Positions 1 through 10,402 of a stretch of DNA of 64,000 bases are shown here, one piece after another. Origin of the DNA: Flavobacteriales bacterium. Lineage in GTDB: Bacteria > Bacteroidota > Bacteroidia > Flavobacteriales > BACL11. Location: the NCBI GenBank assembly GCA_014381465.1, contig JACNLP010000074.1, positions 5,855-69,854 of the forward strand, in the 5' to 3' direction. The notes under the pieces were generated by a model. It saw only the letters and a list, made by a program, of their open reading frames with translations, was not told where the DNA came from and did no database searches. The number at the start of each line of letters is the position of its first letter. Position 1 is the first letter of the stretch. The translations under genes were made by a program, and so were the position numbers.

Positions 1-2803
1 TAGCGTTTGCTCTGAGTAAAATAGGAGTATTACAAAAAGAAGTGTCGTTTCCAGCATCCACAGCTAAAGAATTTACCTCCACTAACTGAAAAACTGTATC
101 GGTACAACTCCCATTTGAAATCAGAAGTTGATAATTAATAGTAGAATCGGTAATTACAAAAGGATTAGAAATCGTTATACTACTTAGTCCATAAGATGGG
201 AACCAAAAATAAGAAATTGTAGGATCATTTACTGGCAATAAGCCAATTTGAATTTGCTCATTTTTACAAATTTCTTCTTTCTGGATTGTGTTTGAGGAAT
301 TGGAAAGAATATAAATTTGCTTGATTATAGTATCGCTAATATTACATGAAGTAGGATCGTTTGTTATGAGCGTAACATCATATATTCCATTTTGATTATA
401 GGAATGTGTGGGGTTTTCTTGAGAGGAACTAATCCCATCTCCAAAAAACCACTGATAGGTTGTGTTAGCTGCCCCAGTACTCAAATTCTGAAAAACAATT
501 GTAGTATCGCAACCTACCCAAGGGGCAGAAAAATCGGAAATGGTGGTAGGGAAATCAAAATCAAATTTGAAAACTGCACTATTACATTGGGTACCTGAAG
601 CAGCATTATTAGTAGATGAAACAGCAGCATTAGTTGTAGGAAAATCAGAAAAACCACCACATCCGGCACAAACACATTGATAAACAATTCCTTTTTTATC
701 AAATCGGCTAGTGCCACCATCTACATGTTCTGTAGCTTGATTTCCTCCAAAATAAGTAGCATAAATTAAATTACTCATATTATCATCTAGTACCATTAAA
801 TAAAAATCGTTTCCATCTGTTGTACTTTGAAAAGCATTTGGTGTAGTTGGAAGATTAAAAGTTGTTCCGGCATTTCCTATTCCTATATTAGACCCCCATC
901 CTGAAATATAAATTTTATTACAAACATCCACTAAAAAAGCAGTGGGGGAAATATTTGGCTTTCCCGTATTAGCGCCAACCACAGTAGATTGTAAAAGAAG
1001 ATCCAAATTTTTGGAAAGCTTGCTAATAAATTCTCCCCCACCTGGCACATTGTAGCTGGCTTGATAAATTAGTGTATTTCCTGTAGCTTTGGTTTGCCCG
1101 AATAAATATACATTTTGTGCTCCATCTAACTCTACAAAATAAGCTTGATCGTAACTATTAGACCCAAAATAAGTAGAGCTTATTATTTGTGTGCCATCTT
1201 TAGAAATATAGGAAACGAAAGCATCTGCCTTTAAAGAATCTAAATAATTAGGGTGTAAAGCACTTGTAGTTGTTGGAAAATCATCAGAAGTTGTACCGCC
1301 TGTAACATAAATGTTGTCGCTATCATCTAATGCTAAAGAATAAATCGCATCCAATCCTCTCCCTCCTAAAAAAGAACTCCAAATTATATTACTGAGCTGA
1401 TTGTCCATTTTAATAATTACCCCTTCTTGTAAAGAATCTAAAGTGGATTGAAACACATTGCCAACAATGGGAAAGTCGGTAGAACGAGAAGAAGTTGCAA
1501 TATAAATGTTGTTGTTTTTATCAATATCTATTTCACCTCTTACCTCATCAGCATAATTGAATTTGAGTTTTCCAGCAATGTTAAGCCCATCATTCTCACT
1601 TCCTCCAATATATGTAGATGCTAACAAATTACCACCATTAGCGCTTAGGCGAGAAACAATCAAATCGCAACCATCTGGGTAAGAAATACCAATTCCAGAA
1701 GGAAGAAAAGAAGGCCCACCATTAAAATTAGGTTGATAAGCATTGGAGATTGTTGGGTAATCATCCGAACCGCTTGTACCAAAAAGGAAAAGCTCATTTG
1801 CAGAATTTATAATCATAGAGTGCGGCAACTCATCTTTTGTGCCTCCTAAATAAGTGGAGTAAATGGCAATGGTTCCTGTTGTATCATATTTTGTAATGGC
1901 TATATCTGTACCTAAATTTCCTGTACCTCCAGCAAAATTAATCTGATATGCTCCTAAAACAGTTGGGTAACCCACACCAAAAGCCGTACTTCCGGCATAG
2001 AGAAACCCAAAATTATCATAAGTTGCGGTATAGCCAAAATTGTTTGCTGTACTTCCAGAATAAGTCGAAAAAATAAGGGTAGGGTCAATAATTAAATCTT
2101 GATTTTTGTTGTAACCATCAGGGAATTCAAAACTTAAAACAGAACCTCTTAATTTGTAATTACAGGCAATTTCTCTTTTTTCTCCACTAATAATTTGATA
2201 AGCAAATGGCTTTTGTTCTGTGATTGTATTGACAGAAGTTTGCACATACAAATTTCCATTTTTTAGAAATATGTTATCTACTCCTTTATAACTTAATTTT
2301 ATTGTTTTAGGATTTGTATTTGCTTTTACAATAAGGTCATATTTCAAATTACCATCATGAGAATATAATTTTAAATCAATTCCATCATAAATATTTTTTT
2401 GTTTGAGCTTTTTATAATGATGTACATTTTTAGCCCATTTATATTCATTATTGCCTAAAAAATAATTCTCAAAAAAGTCGCTTTTATCTTCTAAAAAATG
2501 CTCTGAATTCTCATTTGTATTTTCAAAAATTACTTTAAATGCATGGGCTTTCATCTGTCTATCAATAGTTTTTAAATTATGGACATCAGTCAATTTCTGT
2601 TGGTCGTAAAAATGATAGGTAAATGCTGCTTTTTCAATAAATAATGCCCCTCCAGGAAGATTTACTTTTGCAATTACTTCTTTGGGGAACTGTCCTTTGT
2701 TATTGATAAAAGGATTTTTTAAATCAGTTGCGTAAATGAGATGAACTGAAAGAAAAAATAAAAGCGTTATAAGCTTTTGGGTTATGCTTTTTTTGTGCAG
2801 CAT
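1..2803 (-). CDS. Large secreted cell-surface protein, N-terminal ~934 aa in window (C-terminus runs off left edge): signal peptide, SBBP-type beta-propeller repeats, PKD domain
   Basis: Frame is open from the ATG at 2803-2801 to the window edge (checked by hand at both ends). It is missing from the ORF track only because it has no in-window stop. N-terminus MLHKKSITQKLITLLFFLSVHLIYA is a signal peptide. Recurrent STY(L/F)GG...D and DDFPTT segments are typical of SBBP beta-propeller repeats. RFDKKGIVYQCVCAGCGG motif is present. A PKD-like segment YQWFFGDGISSSQENPTHSYNQNGIYDVTLI lies near 360-470. The edge reads ...VDAGNDTSFCNTPILLRANA. Confidence 0.8.
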   Translation of the reverse strand, partial: MLHKKSITQKLITLLFFLSVHLIYATDLKNPFINNKGQFPKEVIAKVNLPGGALFIEKAAFTYHFYDQQKLTDVHNLKTIDRQMKAHAFKVIFENTNENSEHFLEDKSDFFENYFLGNNEYKWAKNVHHYKKLKQKNIYDGIDLKLYSHDGNLKYDLIVKANTNPKTIKLSYKGVDNIFLKNGNLYVQTSVNTITEQKPFAYQIISGEKREIACNYKLRGSVLSFEFPDGYNKNQDLIIDPTLIFSTYSGSTANNFGYTATYDNFGFLYAGSTAFGVGYPTVLGAYQINFAGGTGNLGTDIAITKYDTTGTIAIYSTYLGGTKDELPHSMIINSANELFLFGTSGSDDYPTISNAYQPNFNGGPSFLPSGIGISYPDGCDLIVSRLSANGGNLLASTYIGGSENDGLNIAGKLKFNYADEVRGEIDIDKNNNIYIATSSRSTDFPIVGNVFQSTLDSLQEGVIIKMDNQLSNIIWSSFLGGRGLDAIYSLALDDSDNIYVTGGTTSDDFPTTTSALHPNYLDSLKADAFVSYISKDGTQIISSTYFGSNSYDQAYFVELDGAQNVYLFGQTKATGNTLIYQASYNVPGGGEFISKLSKNLDLLLQSTVVGANTGKPNISPTAFLVDVCNKIYISGWGSNIGIGNAGTTFNLPTTPNAFQSTTDGNDFYLMVLDDNMSNLIYATYFGGNQATEHVDGGTSRFDKKGIVYQCVCAGCGGFSDFPTTNAAVSSTNNAASGTQCNSAVFKFDFDFPTTISDFSAPWVGCDTTIVFQNLSTGAANTTYQWFFGDGISSSQENPTHSYNQNGIYDVTLITNDPTSCNISDTIIKQIYILSNSSNTIQKEEICKNEQIQIGLLPVNDPTISYFWFPSYGLSSITISNPFVITDSTINYQLLISNGSCTDTVFQLVEVNSLAVDAGNDTSFCNTPILLRANA

Positions 2804-2809
2804 TTTGCA

Positions 2810-4045
2810 TTATATTATTGGTTCTGCAAGATACTGAATTAAACTGTCTTTTACTAATTGGAAAGAAGCTTTGCTTTTCTCTTTCATGGGCTGTGAAGGA
2901 GGAAGCTTTTGTTTGTAAGGGTCCACTTGCACTCCATTTTTCCAAAACCTATAACAGACATGCGGACCAGTTGCTAGACCCGTACTCCCAACATAACCAA
3001 TTACATCTCCTTGTTTTACATGCACTCCCTTTCTTATTCCTGATTTTATTTTAGACATGTGCAAATACTGAGTTGTATAAGTATTATTGTGCCTGATTTT
3101 TACATAATTTCCATTATTACGAGTATAGCTTGCGGCAACTATGGTTCCATTTGCTGTGGTCAGAATTGGAGTGCCTTTTGGAGCAGCATAATCTGTGCCT
3201 AAATGTGCTTTTACTCTTCCTGTTACTGGATGTCTTCTGCGCTTACTATATCTAGAACTGATACGGCTAAAATTTAAAGGGGCTCGCAAAAATGCTTTTC
3301 GCAATGTTTTCCCTTCTTCATCAAAATAGTCTCCAAAATTTTCACCTTCTTCATTAAAATAAAAAGCGTAAAAATCTTCTCCTTGATGCGTGAAATTTGC
3401 TGCCCAAACTCTTCCTATTCCTACAAACTCATCCTCTACAAATCTTTCTTCATAATATACCTTGAATTTATCGCCTTTCTGAATGCGAAAGAAATCAATT
3501 GTCCATGCGTAAATTTGAGATAATTCCATCACCAATGCAGGGCTCATATTGTTATCCATGATGGCATTCCACAATGAGGATGTGATTTCTCCTGATGCCA
3601 TTCTCATCCTAATTTCTACTTCCTTTTCTCCTCTATATACTTTTATTCCATCTCTTAAATCAAACACTACATAGTTGGTTGAGGATTCTTCATAGACAAA
3701 ACATTTTGCGATTGCATTGGAATCTTTTGTGCAAAAAACAGTAAAGGGCTGTCCTGCTTTTGCTCTTTTTACATCAAAAATTCCTTTGGATGCTTTTACA
3801 ATTTTGTCAATTTGAATATGGTCAATATGATTGCGGTATAATATTTCTCCTAAAACCTGCCCTGGCTTAATAATGCCTCTTGTTAGCTGAAAGGAGTCGG
3901 CAACAATGCCGTATTCTATTATTGGCTCAAAAGTGGTATTAACAATAGAGCTGTCACCATTTGCTTTGTTACATTTAGTAAAGTTTACTGCTGTAAGTAG
4001 TAGCAGTAACCCTAAAAATAAAATGCTGAATAATTTTGTTTTCAT
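2810..4045 (-). CDS. M23 family metallopeptidase (LytM-type domain)
   Basis: 411 aa with an N-terminal signal/anchor. HLGTDYAAP (HxxxD), YLHMSKI and GSTGLATGPHVCYRF (HxC where HxH is usual). Confidence 0.85.
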   Translation of the reverse strand: MKTKLFSILFLGLLLLLTAVNFTKCNKANGDSSIVNTTFEPIIEYGIVADSFQLTRGIIKPGQVLGEILYRNHIDHIQIDKIVKASKGIFDVKRAKAGQPFTVFCTKDSNAIAKCFVYEESSTNYVVFDLRDGIKVYRGEKEVEIRMRMASGEITSSLWNAIMDNNMSPALVMELSQIYAWTIDFFRIQKGDKFKVYYEERFVEDEFVGIGRVWAANFTHQGEDFYAFYFNEEGENFGDYFDEEGKTLRKAFLRAPLNFSRISSRYSKRRRHPVTGRVKAHLGTDYAAPKGTPILTTANGTIVAASYTRNNGNYVKIRHNNTYTTQYLHMSKIKSGIRKGVHVKQGDVIGYVGSTGLATGPHVCYRFWKNGVQVDPYKQKLPPSQPMKEKSKASFQLVKDSLIQYLAEPII

Positions 4046-4087
4046 AGCCGCAATTTACAGAAAATAAAATGGGATATTCAATGCCAT

Positions 4088-4846
4088 TTAATCAGTTATT
4101 GACAATGGATTTTTCAAACCTTTAAAAGAGGAAAGTTCGGCCTTTATTACGCCAACAATAATATTCGCCTCAACTTTTATCATCAGTTTATTTTCATCAT
4201 CTGATATCCAAATTTTCATACTTTCTCCATCCTTAAAAACCCTTCCCTCCTGCAGTTGAGGTGTGAAAACCATACAGTTTATTTTCCCAAATTTTGTATT
4301 GATTATCTCATTTTTTTCATACCGAATTTGCATAGGATAATTTTCTTCATCCATAAAAATATTTAGCTTTATAAGAGAATCTTCTTTTACATTTTGGTTG
4401 TTTAACATAGCTCTAGTAAAATAGAAAGCAGAGAGCATATCTTGCGTTTTTTCTGTAATTTTATAAATAGAGTCTTTCGATAACACTTCATTCTTTTCAG
4501 TGTTAAAAAGATAGTTTTGTTTGATAATATATCCACCTTCATTCACATCTCTAATAAAGTGAACAGGAGAAAATCTGGTAGGATTCACATAAGAAACATA
4601 CTTATCATACACCTTAAAAAAGAAATCAAAAAATGAATTAGTTTGTGCAATTCCTTCAAAATAAAGGCAATTAATATCATTATGTTCTTCAAAACTTTTT
4701 ATGCTAAGCGTACCATGTGCAGCAGTAATAGGACCATAATGTATTCGGTAAGTGCAGCTTTCCCCAACATTAAAAGGAAGATTGTTTTGAGAAAAAACAA
4801 ATAGTGGGAAAAGCATCAAAAAAAATAAAACTCTTTTAATTGGCAT
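4088..4846 (-). CDS. DUF3108-like secreted protein
   Basis: 252 aa with a signal peptide. GESCTYRIHYGPITAAHGTLSI opening is typical of DUF3108. Sits 1 nt downstream of leuS. Confidence 0.65.
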   Translation of the reverse strand: MPIKRVLFFLMLFPLFVFSQNNLPFNVGESCTYRIHYGPITAAHGTLSIKSFEEHNDINCLYFEGIAQTNSFFDFFFKVYDKYVSYVNPTRFSPVHFIRDVNEGGYIIKQNYLFNTEKNEVLSKDSIYKITEKTQDMLSAFYFTRAMLNNQNVKEDSLIKLNIFMDEENYPMQIRYEKNEIINTKFGKINCMVFTPQLQEGRVFKDGESMKIWISDDENKLMIKVEANIIVGVIKAELSSFKGLKNPLSITD

Positions 4847-4847
4847 A

Positions 4848-7616
4848 CTACATTACTATATTTACAATTCGTTTTGGCACTACAATTACTTTTTTAGGAG
4901 ATTTTCCTTCCAAATAATGAGCCGTTTTTTCATGATTCAGCACCTCAACTTCCACCTCTTCTTTGCTCATTTCTGCTGGCAAAGTGATTTTAAACCTCAT
5001 TTTTCCATTAAACGAAACCGGATAATTTACCTCATCCTCTACCAAATAACTTGCATTGAAAGTAGGGAAACTAGTCCCAGTAACTGAAGTTTCATTTCCT
5101 AATTTTTGCCAAATTTCCTCAGCAATATGCGGAGCATAAGCCGAAAGTAGAACCGTAAAATCTGAAATAATTTCTCTGTTATTACACTTTTGTTCAGTTA
5201 GCTCATTTACACAAATCATAAAAGTACTTACCACAGTATTAAAAGAATGACGCTCAATTTCCTCCTCCACTTTTTTAATGGTTTTGTGCAATGTTTTATA
5301 GTTTGCTTTTGTTGGTGTTTCCTCAGAAACTTCAAAATTATTTTCTGCATCATGTACCAAACGCCAGAATTTACGCAAGAAATTATGCACCCCATTTATT
5401 CCTTTTACATCCCAAGGTTTAAACTGCTCTAACGGACCCAAAAACATTTCATACAAACGCAAAGTATCAGCACCAAAGTCCTCAACTAAATTATCAGGAG
5501 TTTGAACATTATATTTTGATTTAGACATTTTTTCTACTTCATGCCCACACAAATATTTTCCATCCTCATTTAAAATAAATTCTGCATCAGCATATTCTTC
5601 CCGCCAGTTTTTGAACTTTTCTACATCTAAAACATCATTATCTACAAAATCAATATCTACATGCAAACGAGTAGTTTTATGTTCTTTTCTTTTGTCAAAA
5701 CTCACAAAAGTATTGGTGTCTTTTATTCTGTAAACAAAACTCGATCTTCCCAAAATCATTCCTTGGTTAATCATCTTTTTGAATGGCTCATCAAAGCCAA
5801 TAAATCCTCTATCGTACAAAAACTTAGTCCAAAAACGAGAGTATAATAAATGCCCAACAGCATGCTCGGCTCCACCAATATATAAATCTACTTGCCCCCA
5901 ATAATCCGACTTTTCTTTTGCACAAAACTCACCCTCATTATTTGGGTCCATGTAGCGTAAAAAGTACCAAGAACTCCCTGCCCAACCTGGCATAATATTA
6001 GTCTCCATTCTATCTCCTTCAAACACATTCCAATCCTCTTTTTTAGCTCTTGCAAGTGGTGGTTCACCTGTTGAAGTTGGTAAATATTTATCTACCGGAG
6101 GTAAGGTTACATGCTTATCATTTTCCAAAATATAAGCGGTTTCTCCCTTATAATATACTGGGAACGGCTCTCCCCAATATCTTTGACGGCTAAAAATAGC
6201 ATCACGCAAACGATAATTGATTTTACCTCTTCCAAAGCCTCCATCTTCAATTTTAAAAATGGCCAAATTCATGGCTTTTTTAACTTTAAGTCCATTTAAG
6301 AAATCAGAGTTTGCAATTGTTACGCTTTTATCTTCATTTGCTTTTTCACTTACATCAACTCCCTCAAAAATATTGATGATTTCCAATCCAAAATGAGTCG
6401 CAAAATCCCAATCTCTTTGGTCTCCACAAGGTACTGCCATTACAGCAGCCGTACCGTAAGAAGCTAAAACATAATCCCCTATCCAAACCTGAACTTTATC
6501 TCCTGTAAACGGATGAATTGCATAAGCTCCTGTAAATACGCCTGTAATACTTTTATCTGCTTGCCTATCTCTTTCTGATTTTAGTTTTGCAGTATTTACA
6601 TACTCCTCCACTTTCTCTTTTTGATTATCTGTTGTAATTGTATTTACCAACTCATGTTCTGGCGCTAAAACCATAAAGTTCACTCCAAAAATAGTGTCAG
6701 GACGAGTAGTGAAAACCTCAATTTTATCTTCCGAATTTTCTAAAGAAAAACTTACTGATGCGCCTTTTGATTTTCCAATCCAATTCTTCTGAATTTCCTT
6801 TATTGAATCCGACCAATCTACCGTATCTAATCCTGAAATTAAACGATCTGCATAAGCCGTAATCCTTAACGACCATTGCTTCATTAATTTTTGTTCTACC
6901 GGAAAACCACCTCTTTCTGAAAGTCCTTCTTTTACTTCATCATTAGCAAGTACGGTACCTAAACCTTCACACCAATTCACCCAAGTGTCAGATAAAAATG
7001 CCAAACGATAATTTAATAATATATTTTCTTGCTCATCTTTAGTGTAATTATTCCAAACCTCTGCCTTAAATTGTGGAGTGTTATCATCACAAACTGCATT
7101 CAATTTTTCATTTCCTTCCTGAGAGAAACATTCAAACAATTCTGAGATGTCTCTTGCTTGATTAGTATCTTTACAATAATAGGAATTAAACAATTGCTTA
7201 AAAATCCATTGTGTCCATTTATAATATTTAGGATCGGAAGTTTGCACCTCTCTACTCCAATCAAATGAAAAGCCAATTTGATCTAATTGTTTTCTGTATC
7301 TTTCTGTGTTATCTTTTGTTGCAACTGCAGGGTGAATTCCTGTCTGAATAGCATACTGTTCAGTTGGCAAACCAAAGGAATCGTATCCCATAGGATGCAA
7401 AACATTAAAACCTTTTAATCTTTTATATCTTGCAAAAACATCAGAAGCAATATAACCTAGAGGATGCCCAACATGTAGCCCAGCACCAGAAGGATAGGGG
7501 AACATATCCAATACATAATATTTCTCTTTTGAAGTGTCTTCAGAAACCTTATAAGTTTCATTTTCCCTCCAATTATCTTGCCACTTTTTTTCTATGTCAG
7601 AAAAATTGTAATCCAT
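4848..7616 (-). CDS. leuS: Leucine--tRNA ligase
   Basis: 922 aa. HIGH motif GLHVGHPLGY and KMSKS motif VEKMSKSKYN. Full-length class I LeuRS architecture. Confidence 0.98.
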   Translation of the reverse strand: MDYNFSDIEKKWQDNWRENETYKVSEDTSKEKYYVLDMFPYPSGAGLHVGHPLGYIASDVFARYKRLKGFNVLHPMGYDSFGLPTEQYAIQTGIHPAVATKDNTERYRKQLDQIGFSFDWSREVQTSDPKYYKWTQWIFKQLFNSYYCKDTNQARDISELFECFSQEGNEKLNAVCDDNTPQFKAEVWNNYTKDEQENILLNYRLAFLSDTWVNWCEGLGTVLANDEVKEGLSERGGFPVEQKLMKQWSLRITAYADRLISGLDTVDWSDSIKEIQKNWIGKSKGASVSFSLENSEDKIEVFTTRPDTIFGVNFMVLAPEHELVNTITTDNQKEKVEEYVNTAKLKSERDRQADKSITGVFTGAYAIHPFTGDKVQVWIGDYVLASYGTAAVMAVPCGDQRDWDFATHFGLEIINIFEGVDVSEKANEDKSVTIANSDFLNGLKVKKAMNLAIFKIEDGGFGRGKINYRLRDAIFSRQRYWGEPFPVYYKGETAYILENDKHVTLPPVDKYLPTSTGEPPLARAKKEDWNVFEGDRMETNIMPGWAGSSWYFLRYMDPNNEGEFCAKEKSDYWGQVDLYIGGAEHAVGHLLYSRFWTKFLYDRGFIGFDEPFKKMINQGMILGRSSFVYRIKDTNTFVSFDKRKEHKTTRLHVDIDFVDNDVLDVEKFKNWREEYADAEFILNEDGKYLCGHEVEKMSKSKYNVQTPDNLVEDFGADTLRLYEMFLGPLEQFKPWDVKGINGVHNFLRKFWRLVHDAENNFEVSEETPTKANYKTLHKTIKKVEEEIERHSFNTVVSTFMICVNELTEQKCNNREIISDFTVLLSAYAPHIAEEIWQKLGNETSVTGTSFPTFNASYLVEDEVNYPVSFNGKMRFKITLPAEMSKEEVEVEVLNHEKTAHYLEGKSPKKVIVVPKRIVNIVM

Positions 7617-7667
7617 TTATTTTTTTTAAGTTGTGGCAAAGTTAAAGAAATACTGAATGTATTTTTT

Positions 7668-7675
7668 TATTTTTG
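7668..7675 (+). promoter_or_regulatory. Bacteroidota -7 box (TAnnTTTG) upstream of ftsX
   Basis: TATTTTTG lies 26 nt upstream of the ATG at 7701. Confidence 0.4.
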
Positions 7676-7700
7676 GCAATTGATATGAATAAAAAAACCC

Positions 7701-8561
7701 ATGTCTTTTAAAAATAAAATAAAATCATCTTCTATGTCCATAGTAATAAGCATGTCTTTAGTGCTTTTTGTTCTAGGAATTTTAGGATTTTTACTGCTCA
7801 ATGCCAATCGGCTTTCCAACCATGTAAAACAAAATATTGGTTTTTCGGTTATGATAAAAGAAGGCGTGAAAGAGGTAGATATTATGCAATTACAAAAATT
7901 AATTGACTCAAAACCCTATTCTTTGGAAACTAATTGGATAACAAAAGAAGATGCCGCTACCGACTTACAAGAAGAGCTAGGAGAAGATTTTATTGTTTTT
8001 TTGGGCTACAATCCACTTTTGGAATCTATAGATATAAAGCTAAAAGCCACTTATGCAAATCCAGATAGTTTATTACTTCTACAAAAAAAACTGAGTAAAA
8101 ATGATTTGATTCATGAGGTGTTTTACCAAAAAGATTTGGTAGAAAAAATAAGCGAAAATGTACGAAAAATGAGTGTTTTTCTACTTTCATTTTGCATTTT
8201 ACTTTTTATTATTTCCTTCACGCTTATCAATAATACTATCCGCCTATCTGTTTATTCAAAGCGTTTTTTAATTCGCACCATGAAACTGGTTGGGGCTACT
8301 AATAAATTTATAAAAGGTCCTTTTTTATCTGATAGCATTTATAATGGGATATATAGTTCGCTTGTTGCAATTTGTATGCTACTTGCTGTTTTTCAGCTTT
8401 TGCAAAACGATATGCCAGATTTTCTAAATATTCAAGATTTAAAAAGCATGGGTATTATTTTTGCTAGTATATTTGTGGCTGGAATTTTATTTACTTGGCT
8501 TTCTACTTTCTTTGCGCTAAGGAAATATCTTAGAATAAAAGAAAGTGAAATTTATTTATAA
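7701..8561 (+). CDS. ftsX: Cell division protein FtsX (permease-like)
   Basis: 286 aa. N-terminal TM helix, periplasmic domain, and three C-terminal TM helices of FtsX type. Conserved ftsX-DUF3098-uppP order. Confidence 0.85.
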   Translation: MSFKNKIKSSSMSIVISMSLVLFVLGILGFLLLNANRLSNHVKQNIGFSVMIKEGVKEVDIMQLQKLIDSKPYSLETNWITKEDAATDLQEELGEDFIVFLGYNPLLESIDIKLKATYANPDSLLLLQKKLSKNDLIHEVFYQKDLVEKISENVRKMSVFLLSFCILLFIISFTLINNTIRLSVYSKRFLIRTMKLVGATNKFIKGPFLSDSIYNGIYSSLVAICMLLAVFQLLQNDMPDFLNIQDLKSMGIIFASIFVAGILFTWLSTFFALRKYLRIKESEIYL

Positions 8562-8563
8562 TT

Positions 8564-8803
8564 ATGAAAGAAAAAAACAATTTGGACTTTGCATTTACAA
8601 AACAGAACTATATGTTGCTGCTTGTAGGCGTTGCACTTATTTGTGCAGGACTTTTGCTAATGATTGGTGGTGGCTCGGACGACCCTAATGTTTTTAGCGA
8701 TAAAATCTTTGATTCGCAAAGGTTAACTCTTGCACCAATTCTTATTTCTGCTGGTTTTATTGTCGAAATATTTGCGATTATGCACAAACCAAAACAGAAG
8801 TAA
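8564..8803 (+). CDS. DUF3098-like small membrane protein
   Basis: 79 aa with two TM helices. Starts 2 nt after ftsX, the usual position in Bacteroidota. Confidence 0.7.
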   Translation: MKEKNNLDFAFTKQNYMLLLVGVALICAGLLLMIGGGSDDPNVFSDKIFDSQRLTLAPILISAGFIVEIFAIMHKPKQK

Positions 8804-8806
8804 TAA

Positions 8807-9616
8807 ATGGAAATTTTAAAGGCCATTATTCTTGGAATTATTCAAGGATTGACGGAGTTTTTACCTGTTAGCAGTAGTGGACATTTGGAAATTGCAAAAT
8901 GCATTTTTTCCTCCGAAATTCTAGCAAAAGAAAGTATGCTAATGACTGTAGTCTTGCATTTTGCTACTGCCCTTTCAACAATTGTAATTTTCCGAAAAGA
9001 TTTAGTAGAAATTTTTTCTGGCCTTTTCCAATTTAAAAATAATGAAAGCTTTTGGTTTTCTGTAAAGATTATTCTCTCTATGGTTCCTGCTGTTTTTGTG
9101 GGCTTGTTTTTTGAAAATGAAATAGAAGCGCTATTTGGTGGGCAATTAATTCTAGTTGGTTGCATGTTACTTATAACTGCTTTACTTCTTTTTTTAGCAG
9201 ATAAAGCAAAATATGCAGAAAAAACAGTTGGAATTAAAGATGCAATCCTTATTGGTATTTCACAAGCCATTGCCATCTTGCCTGGAATATCTCGCTCTGG
9301 AGCTACTATTTCCACTGCTGTACTTTTAGGAATTGATAAAGAAAAGGCTGCTCGTTTTTCTTTTTTAATGGTTGTGCCATTGATTTTAGGAAAGATGGCA
9401 AAAGATATTTTCTCTGGAGAAATAAGTTATGAAAGCAGTTCTTTTTTACCCCTTTTAGTTGGTTTTATTTTTGCTTTTTTTACTGGGCTTATCGCTTGCA
9501 AATGGATGATAAAATTGGTTAAAAATAGTCAACTGAAATACTTTGCGTACTACTGTTTTGCAGTAGGAGTTATTGTTATTCTTCTTTTTGTAAATAGTAG
9601 TTTCCCTTGTCAATAA
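8807..9616 (+). CDS. uppP: Undecaprenyl-diphosphate phosphatase
   Basis: 269 aa. LTEFLPVSSSGHL signature and PGISRSG motif. Confidence 0.95.
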   Translation: MEILKAIILGIIQGLTEFLPVSSSGHLEIAKCIFSSEILAKESMLMTVVLHFATALSTIVIFRKDLVEIFSGLFQFKNNESFWFSVKIILSMVPAVFVGLFFENEIEALFGGQLILVGCMLLITALLLFLADKAKYAEKTVGIKDAILIGISQAIAILPGISRSGATISTAVLLGIDKEKAARFSFLMVVPLILGKMAKDIFSGEISYESSSFLPLLVGFIFAFFTGLIACKWMIKLVKNSQLKYFAYYCFAVGVIVILLFVNSSFPCQ

Positions 9617-10326
9617 TTGTACCTTGCCAACTAGAAAAAAGTACTGATTTTATTTCAGGGGAACTCCTTTTAATAGAAAAGCCGTTGGAATGGACATCAT
9701 TTGATGTAGTGAAAAAAGTAAGAAATTTAATAAAGAAAAAGCTTCAAATTAAAAAGATAAAAGTGGGGCATGCTGGCACTTTGGACCCCTTAGCCACTGG
9801 GCTTTTAATTGTTTGCACAGGAAAATTCACAAAGCGAATAGAAGAAATTCAAGGGCAAGAAAAAACTTATATGGGAAACTTTACTTTGGGTGCTACAACT
9901 CCCTCTTTTGATAAGGAAACCAAAGTTAATCACACTTTTGACACTACACATATTACAAAGCAATTGCTAGAGAAAACTGCTAAACAATTTGTTGGAGAAA
10001 TCAATCAAATTCCTCCAATTTTTTCAGCTCTAAAAAAAGATGGGAAACGGCTTTATAATTTTGCAAGAAAAAATGAGGAAGTAGAAATAAAGAAGCGAAA
10101 AGTTGTAGTGCTCTCTTTTGAAATTACAGATATTAATTTGCCAGAAGTGGGGTTTAAAATAAGGTGTAGTAAAGGTACTTATATCCGCTCTATTGCAAAT
10201 GATTTTGGAAATTCCTTAAATAGTGGCGCTTACCTTTCAAAACTATGCAGAACAGAAATAGGGGAATACAATTTAAAAGATGCTTTTTCTCTTAATCAAG
10301 TAGAAGAAAAAATCAAACTGCTATAA
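9607..10326 (+). CDS. truB: tRNA pseudouridine(55) synthase
   Basis: 239 aa. [14 protein letters not shown] catalytic-Asp motif. The only in-frame start upstream of the conserved core is TTG at 9607, giving a 10-nt overlap with uppP, so the start is uncertain. Confidence 0.92.
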   Translation: MSIIVPCQLEKSTDFISGELLLIEKPLEWTSFDVVKKVRNLIKKKLQIKKIKVGHAGTLDPLATGLLIVCTGKFTKRIEEIQGQEKTYMGNFTLGATTPSFDKETKVNHTFDTTHITKQLLEKTAKQFVGEINQIPPIFSALKKDGKRLYNFARKNEEVEIKKRKVVVLSFEITDINLPEVGFKIRCSKGTYIRSIANDFGNSLNSGAYLSKLCRTEIGEYNLKDAFSLNQVEEKIKLL

Positions 10327-10402
10327 GTCTTGACATCCGCCTTTGAATGTAGTATATTCGCGCCTTAAAAAATTAAGCCATTCTATGAAATCACAAATAA
10401 TG

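Noticed and set aside
392-720. Two 68-aa ORFs listed at the left end of the window
   Set aside because: Both lie inside the long open minus-strand frame of the SBBP/PKD surface protein and are in other frames.
8842-9315. Long antisense ORFs inside well-supported genes (8842-9315, 21620-22051, 31748-32140, 36525-36914, 50427-50783, 50787-51110 and others)
   Set aside because: Each lies entirely within, and opposite to, a gene with strong family motifs (uppP, tdk, ABC exporter, amidohydrolase, aspS). The translations are low-complexity with no recognisable motifs, so these are typical shadow frames.
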